A stretch of DNA of 64,000 bases from Nitrosopumilus sp. (GTDB lineage: Archaea > Thermoproteota > Nitrososphaeria > Nitrososphaerales > Nitrosopumilaceae), in the NCBI GenBank assembly GCA_965207075.1, contig CBDBLO010000002.1, positions 576,001 to 640,000 of the forward strand, given 5' to 3'. A model generated the notes under the pieces. It was not told where the DNA came from and did no database searches. It saw only the letters and a list, made by a program, of their open reading frames with translations. The first letter of the stretch is position 1. The number at the start of each line of letters is the position of its first letter. Below, piece after piece: positions 8,357 to 19,000 of the stretch. Position numbers and translations under genes: made by a program.

Positions 8357-9160
8357 TCATTCGGATTCTCCCCGCTCCGGCAGTCGGGCCGGGGTGATGC
8401 TGTACTCCTCGTGAAACTGGGCGTAGTTCCTTACGATATCTTTGAGCGGTACCCTGCGGCCTCCTACCATCTTGAGGTCCACGTCCACCTTGTTCGTCTT
8501 GTTGTTTATAGTGACTATGTTGTATGTATTCTCAAACAGTCCTCGTACGCGCTCGGATGTGGCAGTGCCTGCGTTGACCACGGTCAGCCCGCCAAAAGCC
8601 CACATCCAAGGCCTGTGCTTGTGCCCACACAAGACGAGATCGACGCCGGTCTCAAGGATCGTCCTCAGCACGTCGCCGGCGTCCACCACCGTTAGCTGGT
8701 CGGATCCCGTGTCGGGAATGGCTATCAGGTGATGGTGCATTGCCACAATCTTTGTCTTTTTGGCGTACTTTTGCAGTGTCCGCTCAATCCACAGGTTCTG
8801 ACGGTAGCCCACCTCGCCATCGTTCCTGTCGGGACGGGCGGTGCCCACTGTTATCAGCACGATGTTGTCGCCAAGCTCGTTGACCGACTGGAAGGGGAAG
8901 TATTTTCTGAAGAGCAGGTAACCCGTGTTGCGGTAGTCGTGGTTTCCGCTTATGGCAATTATTTTGCCGGCGTCAAACCTTGAGACCAGCGACCTTGCCT
9001 TCTCATACTCCTTGACCAGCCCCTCGTTTGTCAGGTCGCCCGTAATGACAATGACGTCCGGCCGCATGCCGTTGACCTCGGAGACCAACGCCTCGAACTT
9101 TTCTGGAAGGAACTGGGAGCCCACATGCAGATCAGAGATCTGGACAATCTTCACAATCAT
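8357..9160 (-). CDS. Metallophosphoesterase (Icc/CpdA-like)
   Basis: SDLH, TGDL, GNHD, MHHH, GHKH motifs. Confidence 0.9.
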   Translation of the reverse strand: MIVKIVQISDLHVGSQFLPEKFEALVSEVNGMRPDVIVITGDLTNEGLVKEYEKARSLVSRFDAGKIIAISGNHDYRNTGYLLFRKYFPFQSVNELGDNIVLITVGTARPDRNDGEVGYRQNLWIERTLQKYAKKTKIVAMHHHLIAIPDTGSDQLTVVDAGDVLRTILETGVDLVLCGHKHRPWMWAFGGLTVVNAGTATSERVRGLFENTYNIVTINNKTNKVDVDLKMVGGRRVPLKDIVRNYAQFHEEYSITPARLPERGESE

Positions 9161-9515
9161 ATCTGGCAGAAGGATAGTATTAAACACGTCCTATAGGCCG
9201 TATGGGGCGGCCATAGTGCGGGCCACCGAAGGCGTCCCTCCCCCCCCTCCCTCCCGACATGGACACCCGAAGCGGCAGGCACGCTGCAGGCGGCCAACTA
9301 GAGGACACGCAATAAAAAAATGGGAATGCCGGGAGCGCGGCCCGCCTCAAAGGTTGCGCCGGGACAGAAATTCACAGGTCCAATCTTGGGTGCCGACTGG
9401 CCGCGCCTGGTTCGTATGCACACAGCCGGCCGCGCTGCCGCGCCCGTCCCTTCTGCCGCGCGGCATGGCCGCAGCTTCAAAGGATTAAATAATATCGCGC
9501 TCGTTTCAGCATGAC

Positions 9516-10550
9516 TTGGGCACGAAGACTGCGGCCGTGATGAAGGGCGACGGCATAGGACCTGAGGTGGTGGACGCCATGCTCATGGTGGTCGGAGAGT
9601 GCGGCCTCCAGGCGGAGATTGTAATGTGCGAGGCCGGCTCGGAGCAGTGGGACCGAAACGGCAGGGCGGACAAGTCGTACATACCAGACTCGACCATGGG
9701 GATACTGGAGGAGTCAGACGCCTGCTTCAAGGGGCCCACCACGACGATACCCGTGCCCGGCGCCCCGAGAAGCGTGGCCGTCACGCTGCGGCAAAAGTTT
9801 GATCTGTACGCAAACATCAGGCCCACCAAGACGTACAGCCGGCTCTCGCCGGACGCCGGGCTTGACTGCGTCTGCTTTAGGGAGGCGACAGAGGGGCTCT
9901 ATACCGGCATAGAGGCCCGCATAACGGAGGATACGGCCATTGCAATCAGGAAGATAACGAGACAGGGCAGCGAGCGCATCATAAACGCCGCCGTCAAGTG
10001 GGCGTCTGACCACGGCATGAAGAAGATGGTCGCGATCACAAAGAGAAACATCCTAAAGGAGACTGACGGGATATTCTGGGACGCGGCGCAGCGGGGCGTA
10101 CTCAACACGGAGATGGAACTCTCCGAGATCTACATCGACAACATAATGCAGCAGCTTGTGGTCAACCCTGCCCAGTTCAACGGAGCGGTCCTGGTCAGCA
10201 CGAACCTCTTCATGGACATAGTGTCCGAGCTGGCATCCGGGCTCGTGGGATCAATCGGACTCATATATTCTGCAAACATCGGCGACCGCTTTGCAATGTT
10301 CGAGGCGGCCCACGGCAGCGCCCCCCAGTTTGCGGGCCAGAACGTCGTGAACCCGGTCGCGGCCATATGCTCGGGGGCGTGGATGGCCAGGTATCTCGGC
10401 GAGGCGGACATTGCCGACGCCATATTTGCCGCCACCGAGTCGGTGGTCAACGAGGGCAGGACCGTAACGTGGGACATCGGGGGCGACGCAAAGACCACCC
10501 AGATGGCAGACGCCATATGCGCAAAGGCAAAGGAGTCTCTGCGCCGCTAG
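9516..10550 (+). CDS. Isocitrate/isopropylmalate dehydrogenase family protein
   Basis: GDGIGPEV, DLYANIRP, NLFMDIVS, FEAAHGSAP. Confidence 0.93.
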   Translation: MGTKTAAVMKGDGIGPEVVDAMLMVVGECGLQAEIVMCEAGSEQWDRNGRADKSYIPDSTMGILEESDACFKGPTTTIPVPGAPRSVAVTLRQKFDLYANIRPTKTYSRLSPDAGLDCVCFREATEGLYTGIEARITEDTAIAIRKITRQGSERIINAAVKWASDHGMKKMVAITKRNILKETDGIFWDAAQRGVLNTEMELSEIYIDNIMQQLVVNPAQFNGAVLVSTNLFMDIVSELASGLVGSIGLIYSANIGDRFAMFEAAHGSAPQFAGQNVVNPVAAICSGAWMARYLGEADIADAIFAATESVVNEGRTVTWDIGGDAKTTQMADAICAKAKESLRR

Positions 10551-11167
10551 GCGCCCGCTGCCACTGAGCACTCCACCAGCAGCAGCTCCTCAAAGAACAG
10601 TTTTTTTCTTGCCACGATGCGGGCGTCGGTAAAGCCCGCCACCATGGCGTGCCTCATCAGGCCGTCATAGTCAGAGAGCGTGGTGGTTACGATGGCAAAC
10701 CTGCCGCCGGGGCGCACGTTGCCGTATACAGAGTCCAGTATGCGGGCAGGCACCTCCAGGCCGCCCGGCCCCCCGTCAGTCGACTCGAACGTGACTGAAT
10801 CCGTCGCAAGGTACGGGGGGTTGCACACTGCAAGGTCGAACTCTGCGCGTATCGCGTCAGAGCCGCTGCAGCATACCAGGTTCTCCGTGCGGTATGCGCC
10901 AGACTGGTTCCGGAGCACCCTGCAGTTGATGTCGGTCCCAACCACGAACTCAAATGAGTCGCGTAGCAGTCTTGTGATGTATCCGGAGCCGCTCCCCACG
11001 TCCAAGGCCGTCAAACCTCTGGGTGTGCGTTCTATGTAGTCTGCGAGAAAAAAGGTGTCCTCCGACGGAGGGTACTCGTCCTGCTCCACCACGGGCCTCA
11101 TTCGTGCGGGCGGAAGTCCCTCCCGCGCGCGGCTTGCAGCAGAGTCACGTGGCGCGCCCGGCATCAT
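10547..11167 (-). CDS. HemK2/MTQ2-family SAM methyltransferase
   Basis: YPPSEDTFFL, LDVGSGSG, NPPY; start uncertain. Confidence 0.85.
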   Translation of the reverse strand: MMPGAPRDSAASRAREGLPPARMRPVVEQDEYPPSEDTFFLADYIERTPRGLTALDVGSGSGYITRLLRDSFEFVVGTDINCRVLRNQSGAYRTENLVCCSGSDAIRAEFDLAVCNPPYLATDSVTFESTDGGPGGLEVPARILDSVYGNVRPGGRFAIVTTTLSDYDGLMRHAMVAGFTDARIVARKKLFFEELLLVECSVAAGA

Positions 11168-12274
11168 TCACACCCTTGCAAGCACAGAGTCCGCCAAATC
11201 CACCACGTCTTGGACGGACAGGTCGTCGAGGCGCAGCGGCCTGTCTGAGCTGTCGAATACCTCGCCACGTGTGCCGTCTGCATGCAGCCGGCGGCCGGAT
11301 ATGTGGCCGTTGGCGTCCCTGCCGTGGCCCCTGTGGCCGCTGTCATCACCGCCGCCACCACCGCAGATCATACCTACCAGAGTGGAAATCCGCTTGCGCC
11401 TGTATGAGAAGATGCGGTTGATCATAGAGATCCGGGCGCCCTCCAGCGTGCGCCTTCGAGCCATCGCGAGAACCACCGAATCCACCCCGGGCCTGGGCTC
11501 AAAGCAGGAGGCCGGAACGTCCATTATGGCGCGTATCTCAAAACAGTACTGGGCCACCACGCTGATTGCGCGCCTCCTGCCGCGCGCGTGCGGGCCACCG
11601 CGGTCGTCACCGGCGCGGGGGCTTTTCTCCCCGCGGGGCGAGGCGCCCGCGAGCAGTTTTGACGCAAACTCCCTTTGGACCATTACGATGCAGCGCTCAA
11701 AGCCGGAGGATGCAAGCTGCTCCACCGCACGCCGGCTGCGCGAGTAGGGCAGGTTCGATACAAAGACGGCGCAGTCAGAGGTGGATACCGTAGAGTGGCT
11801 GTCTGCCGCGTTTCTCCCCTTCGCAGGACCGAGCCCGTCGCCCCGCACGACCTGCAGGTTTCCAAACTCTGAGAGCGTCGTGCGCGTCTCGTCTGCCAGT
11901 TCCCGGTCCAGCTCCACGGAGACCACGCGGGCGGCCCTTTTGCACAGCAGGCCGGTCAGGATGCCGCGCCCAGTCCCCAGCTCAAACACCCCCTCGCCGT
12001 CCCTGATCCCGGCAGCAGAGACTATGCGCTCGGCCACGCCCTTGGATACCAGAAAGTGCTGCCCCATTCCCTTCTTTTGTCGTACGTTTCCGACCGTCCT
12101 GTAGCCGCGACCTCCAGACATGTCGGGGCGACCGCTGCCGTCACTGCCGCCCCTCGTGCCGCTGACTGGACCGCTCGGTCCTGCCTTTCGCCCGAGGTAC
12201 GCGCCCTGACTATTGGGGGGCTGATTTGTGGGGGAACCGTGCAATGCGGCGGTCATGGCTGCAGTCGGCGTCAT
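11168..12274 (-). CDS. rsmA: 16S rRNA adenine dimethyltransferase KsgA/Dim1
   Basis: GQHFL, ELGTGRG, SNLPY, MVQREFA, FEPRPGVDS; true start probably near 12121. Confidence 0.9.
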   Translation of the reverse strand: MTPTAAMTAALHGSPTNQPPNSQGAYLGRKAGPSGPVSGTRGGSDGSGRPDMSGGRGYRTVGNVRQKKGMGQHFLVSKGVAERIVSAAGIRDGEGVFELGTGRGILTGLLCKRAARVVSVELDRELADETRTTLSEFGNLQVVRGDGLGPAKGRNAADSHSTVSTSDCAVFVSNLPYSRSRRAVEQLASSGFERCIVMVQREFASKLLAGASPRGEKSPRAGDDRGGPHARGRRRAISVVAQYCFEIRAIMDVPASCFEPRPGVDSVVLAMARRRTLEGARISMINRIFSYRRKRISTLVGMICGGGGGDDSGHRGHGRDANGHISGRRLHADGTRGEVFDSSDRPLRLDDLSVQDVVDLADSVLARV

Positions 12275-12284
12275 TTCCGGGCGC

Positions 12285-12854
12285 CTACCTCTTTACAAAT
12301 ATGTTGACTCGCCGGCTCCGGCCGCTCATCTCAGACACTATGCGCTCGGCTATGTGCCCGACAGGGTCGCTGAGGCCCACCCGCTCCTGCAGATCCGCAT
12401 AGCTCTCGAACCGTTGGCGCTCCCGCTCGTCAAGCATCGCGTTCATGTACGTCTTGCCTATGCCGGGTATCAGCTCCAGCGCATGCACGCGGGGGGTTAT
12501 CGGGCCGGCATTGTTGAGGTACGATACAAATTTCTGCTCGTTGTTTGTCACGATCGTGGTTATCACCCCCTGCAGCTCGTTCTTGGCGGACTCTGACAGC
12601 ATCTCGTATGAGATCTTTCCCAGAACCGATGCCACCTTTGTCCTGCCGGTCTTGCCGATGCGGAGCCTCTCTCCGTTTGCAAACCCGGATCCCGGCACGC
12701 CAAGCAGCTCCAGCAGCGTGAGCTTGTTCTCGCCCACCGCCGTTACTATCGTGCCCTCCTTGCCCCTGACGACGGATGAGCGGCCGCGGCGCGTGGGGCC
12801 AAGTACGTACGCATACTCCTCGTACGTTCTTGTCCTTGGCGGGTCGGTGTTCAA
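12285..12854 (-). CDS. DUF655 putative nucleic-acid-binding protein
   Basis: YEEYAYVL, HALELIPGIGK (HhH); conserved position between rpo4 and ksgA. Confidence 0.88.
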   Translation of the reverse strand: MNTDPPRTRTYEEYAYVLGPTRRGRSSVVRGKEGTIVTAVGENKLTLLELLGVPGSGFANGERLRIGKTGRTKVASVLGKISYEMLSESAKNELQGVITTIVTNNEQKFVSYLNNAGPITPRVHALELIPGIGKTYMNAMLDERERQRFESYADLQERVGLSDPVGHIAERIVSEMSGRSRRVNIFVKR

Positions 12855-12980
12855 CGCGAACCTGCCCCCAGATTAGAAAGCAGCTGACGCAATCCTTTTC
12901 ACCAACTACTGCCGCCACCGCCACGGTTATTGTTGCCGCCGGCACGCAATCATGTTATAATCACCGTCATCATACCCGGG

Positions 12981-13310
12981 CTAGGAGGAGCGCTCTCGTA
13001 CTATCTTGAGCATCTTCTCCAAGGTCTCTGCAAGTATGAGCTTTTTCCATCCGAACGTAAATGAGCGCAGCTCGGCCATGCTGGTGGGCTTGATGTTCAC
13101 AATCTCAACTGCCTCGTCCTCCGTGAGGCTGCAGTCCTTGATGAGGAGTTTTTTCATCTCCGCCGCATTCTTGGAGTCCGTAGTGGCAAATTTTGAGACA
13201 TAGTCAAACGTCCAGCGCTGTATCTGGTCCATGTCCTCCGGCTCAACCTTGCCGAGTATCTCCCTTACCTCTGCAAGCGAGATGGATTGCCTGTCCTGTA
13301 CCTCTTCCAT
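12981..13310 (-). CDS. rpo4: RNA polymerase subunit Rpo4 (F)
   Basis: ISLAEV...IQRWTFDY...EIVNIKP...ELRS; follows rpl21e. Confidence 0.9.
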   Translation of the reverse strand: MEEVQDRQSISLAEVREILGKVEPEDMDQIQRWTFDYVSKFATTDSKNAAEMKKLLIKDCSLTEDEAVEIVNIKPTSMAELRSFTFGWKKLILAETLEKMLKIVRERSS

Positions 13311-13612
13311 TACGACACACCGAACGGCTTTATGTGATCCAGCCTAGTGATTAAGGTTTTGGTCTTGTTCCCAAGCTTTACGTCAAGCGTTATGGCCCTC
13401 CGGCCCACCTCAGTTACGACCCCGACCTTTCCGTGGTATCTCCTGTGTGGGAGCCCCTTGTGCTGCCGCGGGTCTATTATGACGAGCGCCTGCTGTCCCG
13501 TCTGGTATTCGCGCAACAGAAATGACACGCCGCGGGGGGCCCTTTTCTTCATGACGGAGCGGGACTTGTGCCTGAACCCGTGGGAGCGGCCGTGCGACTT
13601 TTTGGTTGCCAT
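13310..13612 (-). CDS. rpl21e: 50S ribosomal protein L21e
   Basis: SHGFRHKSR, HKGLPHRRYHGKVG. Confidence 0.96.
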   Translation of the reverse strand: MATKKSHGRSHGFRHKSRSVMKKRAPRGVSFLLREYQTGQQALVIIDPRQHKGLPHRRYHGKVGVVTEVGRRAITLDVKLGNKTKTLITRLDHIKPFGVS

Positions 13613-13837
13613 GCAGGGGCGGACTCGAAACCCTATTTAATCTAGTATACCTGCAGGCCCTCACGCCGGCAGTTGTCGCAGGCTCCACCGGTTTCCATTG
13701 GCCTGACAGCAGTGTTACGGGTATGGTCTCGGGCCGCCCCCAGGCCGCCGTGCAAGAAGGCGGCAGCTCGCCGGGCCTGGCCTGGCGCGGACGGCGGTTC
13801 CCGCGTCTTTGAAAAAAAGAAAAAAAAGGAATAGAAG

Positions 13838-15091
13838 CTACTCGTCGGAGAGCTCTGCATCTGTGAGGTCTATCTCCTCGTCAAGGTCGGCCGCCTCCGG
13901 GGCGTCCGTTGCGGACTCCGTTGCCGGGGTGGCATCGTCTGCGGTCTTTGCAGACTTTGCCTTTCTGGCGGGGGCAGCCTTGGCCTTGGAGGCGGCAGCA
14001 GGAGAGGGTGCCTTGGGATCGGCAGGCTCCGCATCCTCGGGTTTTGCCACTGCCGCGGTGGTGGTGGCCGCGGCCGCGGTGGTAGCAGACTTTGTCTTTC
14101 TTGTCTTGGCCGCGGCCTCTGCATCCTCGAGGTCCATTACGCCCGCCTCGCCCAGGGCGAAGAGTACCTCCTCCTCTGGATGGTGCGGGCTGTCGACCAT
14201 GCGGGCGATCCGCTTCTTGCCGGCCTTTTTAAAGTAGATCCGGTAGGTGCTCGTATGGGCGACTACGTTTCCGCCTACGGGCCGGGTCGGATCCCCGAAG
14301 AAGACGTCCGGGGATGCCATGACCTGGTTGGTTGCAATTGCGGCGCAGTTGTAGATCTCTGCATAGCGGGACAGCAGGTGTACGAAATGGTTGATCTTCT
14401 GCTGCCTGTTTGAGAGGGTCCCGCGTCCGAGGTATTCGGAACGGAACAGCCCGACTGCCGAGTCTGCAACAATCAGTTTGATGTTGTTTGCCTCGATTAC
14501 CGGACCCGAGCTCTCCAGAATCAGCGTCTGGTGCGAGCTGCTGTGCGCGCGCGCCACGGTAATGTTCTGCAGAACCTGCAGGGGATCCATGTTGTGGGCC
14601 TTTGCAATCGAGACGATCCTCTCGGGCCTAAACGTGTTCTCCGTGTCTATGTACAGAACACCGCCCTCGAGTCCTCCCTCCTCCTTGGATCTCTGGACCA
14701 TCACCGACATGGTGTGGGCGAACTGCGTCTTGCCGCATCCAAACTCGCCATACACCTCGGTAAGTGCCTGGGTTTCAAGTCCTCCGCCAAAGAGGGAGTC
14801 GAGGCAGTCGGTACCGGTCGTAATGCGCCCGATCTTCTGCCTGTTATCGTAGATCTCGCTTGCGCTCACAAAGTCCCCGGCCAGCTTGCCACCGTCGACC
14901 AGGTGCTGCCTGGCCTTGTTGACGATCTTCTCTGCGGTGTCCTTCTCCATCCCGGTTATCTCCGAGATTTCGACGGGGCCGCGGACTATGAGATCCATGA
15001 CGTTGTGGATTCCCGCATCAGACAGCTTGCGTGTTGTAACTGGGCCGACGCCCTCCAAGCTGCTGAGTTTCATGTCCTCCATATGTGGCAT
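13838..15091 (-). CDS. radA: DNA repair recombinase RadA with Ala/Lys/acidic C-terminal extension
   Basis: GEFGCGKTQ, YIDTENTFRPER, EYLGRGTL, GGNVVAH, RMVDSP. Confidence 0.96.
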   Translation of the reverse strand: MPHMEDMKLSSLEGVGPVTTRKLSDAGIHNVMDLIVRGPVEISEITGMEKDTAEKIVNKARQHLVDGGKLAGDFVSASEIYDNRQKIGRITTGTDCLDSLFGGGLETQALTEVYGEFGCGKTQFAHTMSVMVQRSKEEGGLEGGVLYIDTENTFRPERIVSIAKAHNMDPLQVLQNITVARAHSSSHQTLILESSGPVIEANNIKLIVADSAVGLFRSEYLGRGTLSNRQQKINHFVHLLSRYAEIYNCAAIATNQVMASPDVFFGDPTRPVGGNVVAHTSTYRIYFKKAGKKRIARMVDSPHHPEEEVLFALGEAGVMDLEDAEAAAKTRKTKSATTAAAATTTAAVAKPEDAEPADPKAPSPAAASKAKAAPARKAKSAKTADDATPATESATDAPEAADLDEEIDLTDAELSDE

Positions 15092-15248
15092 AAAAAAGTA
15101 CGGTATAATAAAGATATCTATTTGATGGGTACGGTACCAGAACCGTCGCGTTTCCATGTGGCGGTGTATCTGCAGTACGCGCTGATCCCGGGGTACTGCC
15201 GCACGGGATGCGGCAAACAGGTATTAGCACATGTGCCGCAGGCACGCC

Positions 15249-15980
15249 ATGGGGAACAAGACCCTCGTCATACCGGACATACACAATCGGTATCAGACGG
15301 CAGAGGAGATAATAAGCCGGGAGCGCCCTGACCTGACTGTATTTCTGGGCGACTATTTTGACGACTTTGGAGACGGTCCGGAGATGGCAGAACGGACTGC
15401 AAAATGGCTCGCGCGCTCTCTAGAGTACGACGGTGAGGAGGGCGGCAGGATACACCTACTTGGGAACCACGACCTGCAATACATGGCGGGCAATTCAGAT
15501 TACCGGTGCAGCGGGTACTCGGATGCCAAGCGGCGCGTCATCGACTCGTACGGGATAGACTGGGCCAAGCTGCGCCTCTACTACTGGGTAGGGGCGGCGG
15601 GTACCGGATGGCTGTGCACTCATGCCGGATTCTCAAACAAGTTGTACGTACAGCAGCGCAGGACAGAATCGGAGACTGTGCAGGATGTCCTCTGCCGCGC
15701 AGCAGAGGATCTTGCCGGGGCGTCGGACGGGAGCGTCCCGCACCCGTTTTTGGAGGCCGGGTGCAGCAGGGGCGGGCCCAACAGCGTGGGCGGCCTGATA
15801 TGGTGCGACTATGGCGAGTTTGTGGACATACCGCACACGAGGCAGATATTCGGGCATACCAGGGATCCGGAGGTGCGGCAAAAAGTCTCGCCGGATTCGG
15901 CGCATTACTGCATTGACACGGTGCTGCGCAATTATGCGGTATGTGAGAGTCAAGACGTCGTGAGAATCAAGACAAACTAA
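15249..15980 (+). CDS. Calcineurin-like metallophosphoesterase
   Basis: PDIH, LGDYFD, GNHD, THAG, QIFGHT. Confidence 0.88.
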   Translation: MGNKTLVIPDIHNRYQTAEEIISRERPDLTVFLGDYFDDFGDGPEMAERTAKWLARSLEYDGEEGGRIHLLGNHDLQYMAGNSDYRCSGYSDAKRRVIDSYGIDWAKLRLYYWVGAAGTGWLCTHAGFSNKLYVQQRRTESETVQDVLCRAAEDLAGASDGSVPHPFLEAGCSRGGPNSVGGLIWCDYGEFVDIPHTRQIFGHTRDPEVRQKVSPDSAHYCIDTVLRNYAVCESQDVVRIKTN

Positions 15981-16008
15981 GCGGATTGGCGCGCACCCGG
16001 AACCCGGC

Positions 16009-19000
16009 TCAGAGCGCGCCGTATCTGGCGTTCCTATTGTCGTCGTCGCCGTCGCAGTCGGTGTGGCCACTACGGCGGTTGTCATTGCCATTGCCATGCA
16101 CTGCGCCGGCAACATCAGCGCCAGGCGGCGCCGGTCCCACTGATGCCGGCCTGGTTCTTTTGATCACTATGAAAACCGCGGCCGTTATGGCGGCGCCCGC
16201 CACCAAACCAGCTACGGCGCCCGTACCAAACCCGGGGCCGGCCTCTCCGGCGGTTACTGCAGACAATGAGCCTACAGCAGGCTGGGTTGTGTCGTCTGCG
16301 GCAGGCAGTTGAGTGTCGGGGGCGGCAGATTCAGGCGTGGGCGCCGGTGCGGGTGCCGCCCCACCGTCCGCGGCCGCCCCGTCCTTAGTTGTGTCCTTTT
16401 GCGCAGCATCCGGATCGTGACTGTAGTTATCGCCGCTGTCTGCGCCGTCAGCGGGGTCCATCGGGCCGGCGCCCGTGCCAAGCCCGGAGCTGCCGGTATC
16501 ATGCCTTGCGCCGTTGTCACCATATCTATCGCCCTCATCACCCACACCACCACCATAGAACCTGACCTCTATGCCTACGGGTTCTGTGACCGAGTCTCCC
16601 CCGTACAGGGTCGTGTGGGTCATTATGGCGTACGTCCCGGTGCCGTTGATCGGGACCGTCATGAACGTGGACGTTGCGCCCTCCGCGCCTCCAGATACGG
16701 GATAGAACCCCCCGCCCTCGCTGAACGGCGTGCGGCCAAGCCAGTCGACTGACGGCCAGTCAAGAAAGTGCCCGAAGACGCCGGACGGGACGTTTGTCTG
16801 GATTATGCGGCCCGCGGGATCGGCCACGAATGCAGAAACGCTCGTGTCATCCGACTCCCAGGATATCCTGACTGAGGCCGCGCTTATGGCCGGGTCTGCA
16901 ACCTCAAAGTGGTGGTGCCGCCAGTCCCCGGCCATGTAGCGCCCCACCATGTCAAAGGCGCCCCTCGTATGGCCGTTGGAGTACGTGACGTCCGGGTATG
17001 GCAGGGATGCCTCCGCCGCCCCGGATCCTGACGCGTTTGCCGGGGCGCCTCCGCCGCCAAAGACGATCCGGGAGCCCACATCCTGTATGACGGGCGTTAC
17101 TGCAAACGACACCGGCACGTTTGCAGCGTGGTGATCACCCTCAAAGGCGACAAACCCATGGTGTATGCCCGCGTCTGCATCGCCGGGCATGATCAGTGTG
17201 ACGTCAACCTGCCTTGAGTCCTGCGGCGGGACGGATACCGAGGGCTGCGCCGGCCAGACGTCCTCCCACTTCTCCCTCGCGTAATAGTTTGCAGACACCG
17301 TATAGTCCAGCGCCGTCGCGTTGGCGCCGTTGGGCCCCACCCAGTATGAGTATCTTAGCGGCACCGGATATATTCCGGCCATCGGAACTCCCTCAAACTT
17401 GTCGGCAGGATCCGACACGCGGATCTCCTGCGTTGTGCCCCACGAGCCGCCCCGCGTCACAAGCAGAAGTTCGTCACTCGTTATCTCCAGATCCCCGTCT
17501 CTGTCGACCCAGTCGTACAGGTACAGGGAGGCTATCCCTATGTCATCGGCGTACACGTCGGCGGACGTGTTCATGAAGTCGGAGAATGCAAAGTTGACGC
17601 TGAGTACAAGCAGCGACGCGTCGGCAGGAATCGTCCTTCCATCGCCGAACAGGCCCGCGAGGCCCTCATCGGGGCGCACGTCGGCGAGCCTCACGTAGTT
17701 TGGAATGTACGCGTCGGTATTGTTGAGTACGGGATCCTGCTGCCGCGGTACGGTGGTGCCGTTGAGACTAGCGTGACCCACAAGCGACATCTTCTGCGGC
17801 GATATGGACACGTCGACTGCGTCGGGCCCCGGGTTCTCGATTGTGAACGTGGCCGTGGCCCTCGAGCCGGGCTGCAGGTGGCCCGCAAACCACGCGGTCA
17901 TGGGTATGTCGCGGTCGGGAAGGTCGAACTTGCCTATTCCCGTGTCCGTGATGTTTGAGGACGATATCGCCGGCCGAAGTATGTCGCGTATGTTCTGATA
18001 GGAGTCGTCATTGTGCACCACAAAGATCCCGCCCTCCTTGTGGACGAACCTTAGGGCGGCCCCCGCGTCGGCGAGGCCCGCGCCCTGCACGAACGGATCG
18101 TTGCCCATGTCGCGCGCGGTGGACATCAGGATGTTCTTTATCACAAACGGATCGTAATCCATCTGGTTCTCCGTCATCTCGCTCATGACCACGGCCGCCG
18201 CGCCCGCTATCGCGGGCCCAGCCATGCTGGTCCCCCCGAACAGCGTGAACGGGTCACGCGTGTCTGCATTCTGGGACGCGCCCATCATACTGCGGGGCAC
18301 GAAGCCGTATGCCCCGACGCTGATCATGTCGGGCCTGACGTCTCCGATTATGCCGGGGCCCCGGCCGCTAAAGTCTACCACGTGTCCGCGGTGGTACGAG
18401 CGCGGAGCATGGTCAGTCTTACCGGTGCCGTTATCTTCGCCGCCGCCGCCGCCGCCGCCGCTGCCTCCGAACCTCGGCTGGTCCTTGAAGGGACCATACC
18501 CAACAAAGACGTTGTTCGTACTGGCTCCTGCAGATATCCCAAAGGATGACGCGCCCGGCGTCCCGAGCGTCCCGTACCCGTGGCCCGAGTTGCCGGCGCT
18601 TGACACGACGACCACTCCTGGATAGCTGTCATCAAAGGAGCGCGGCACGGAAAGCATGTCGACTACGAGGGAGAGCATGTCGTGGCCCGGCGCGGCGCCC
18701 ACGTTTGGAAACGTCGAGATGCCCCAGCTGTTCGATATGATGTCGGCCCGCGGGGCCCCGGAGTACGACCACGCGGAGCCCTCGTTGTCAAAGCCGGCGG
18801 CCCAGAGCCAGCCGTACAGCGCGTCCCCGAGCCAGAGCGCCTTTACCGGGAGTATGCGCGCGTCTGGCGCCACGCCCCCTATGACGTAGCTGCCCGTGTC
18901 GTTGTATATGTCGTACGTCATCTTGCCTGCCGACACGATCGTGGCGGAGCTCGCCGTGCCGTGCCCCCTGTAGTCGCTCATCACGCCAAAGAACCGGCCG

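Noticed and set aside
13642-13810. RNase P or SRP RNA between radA and rpl21e
   Set aside because: Too short and lacks the conserved GAGGAAAGUCC or SRP helix-8 signatures; the small CxxC ORF there is also unsupported
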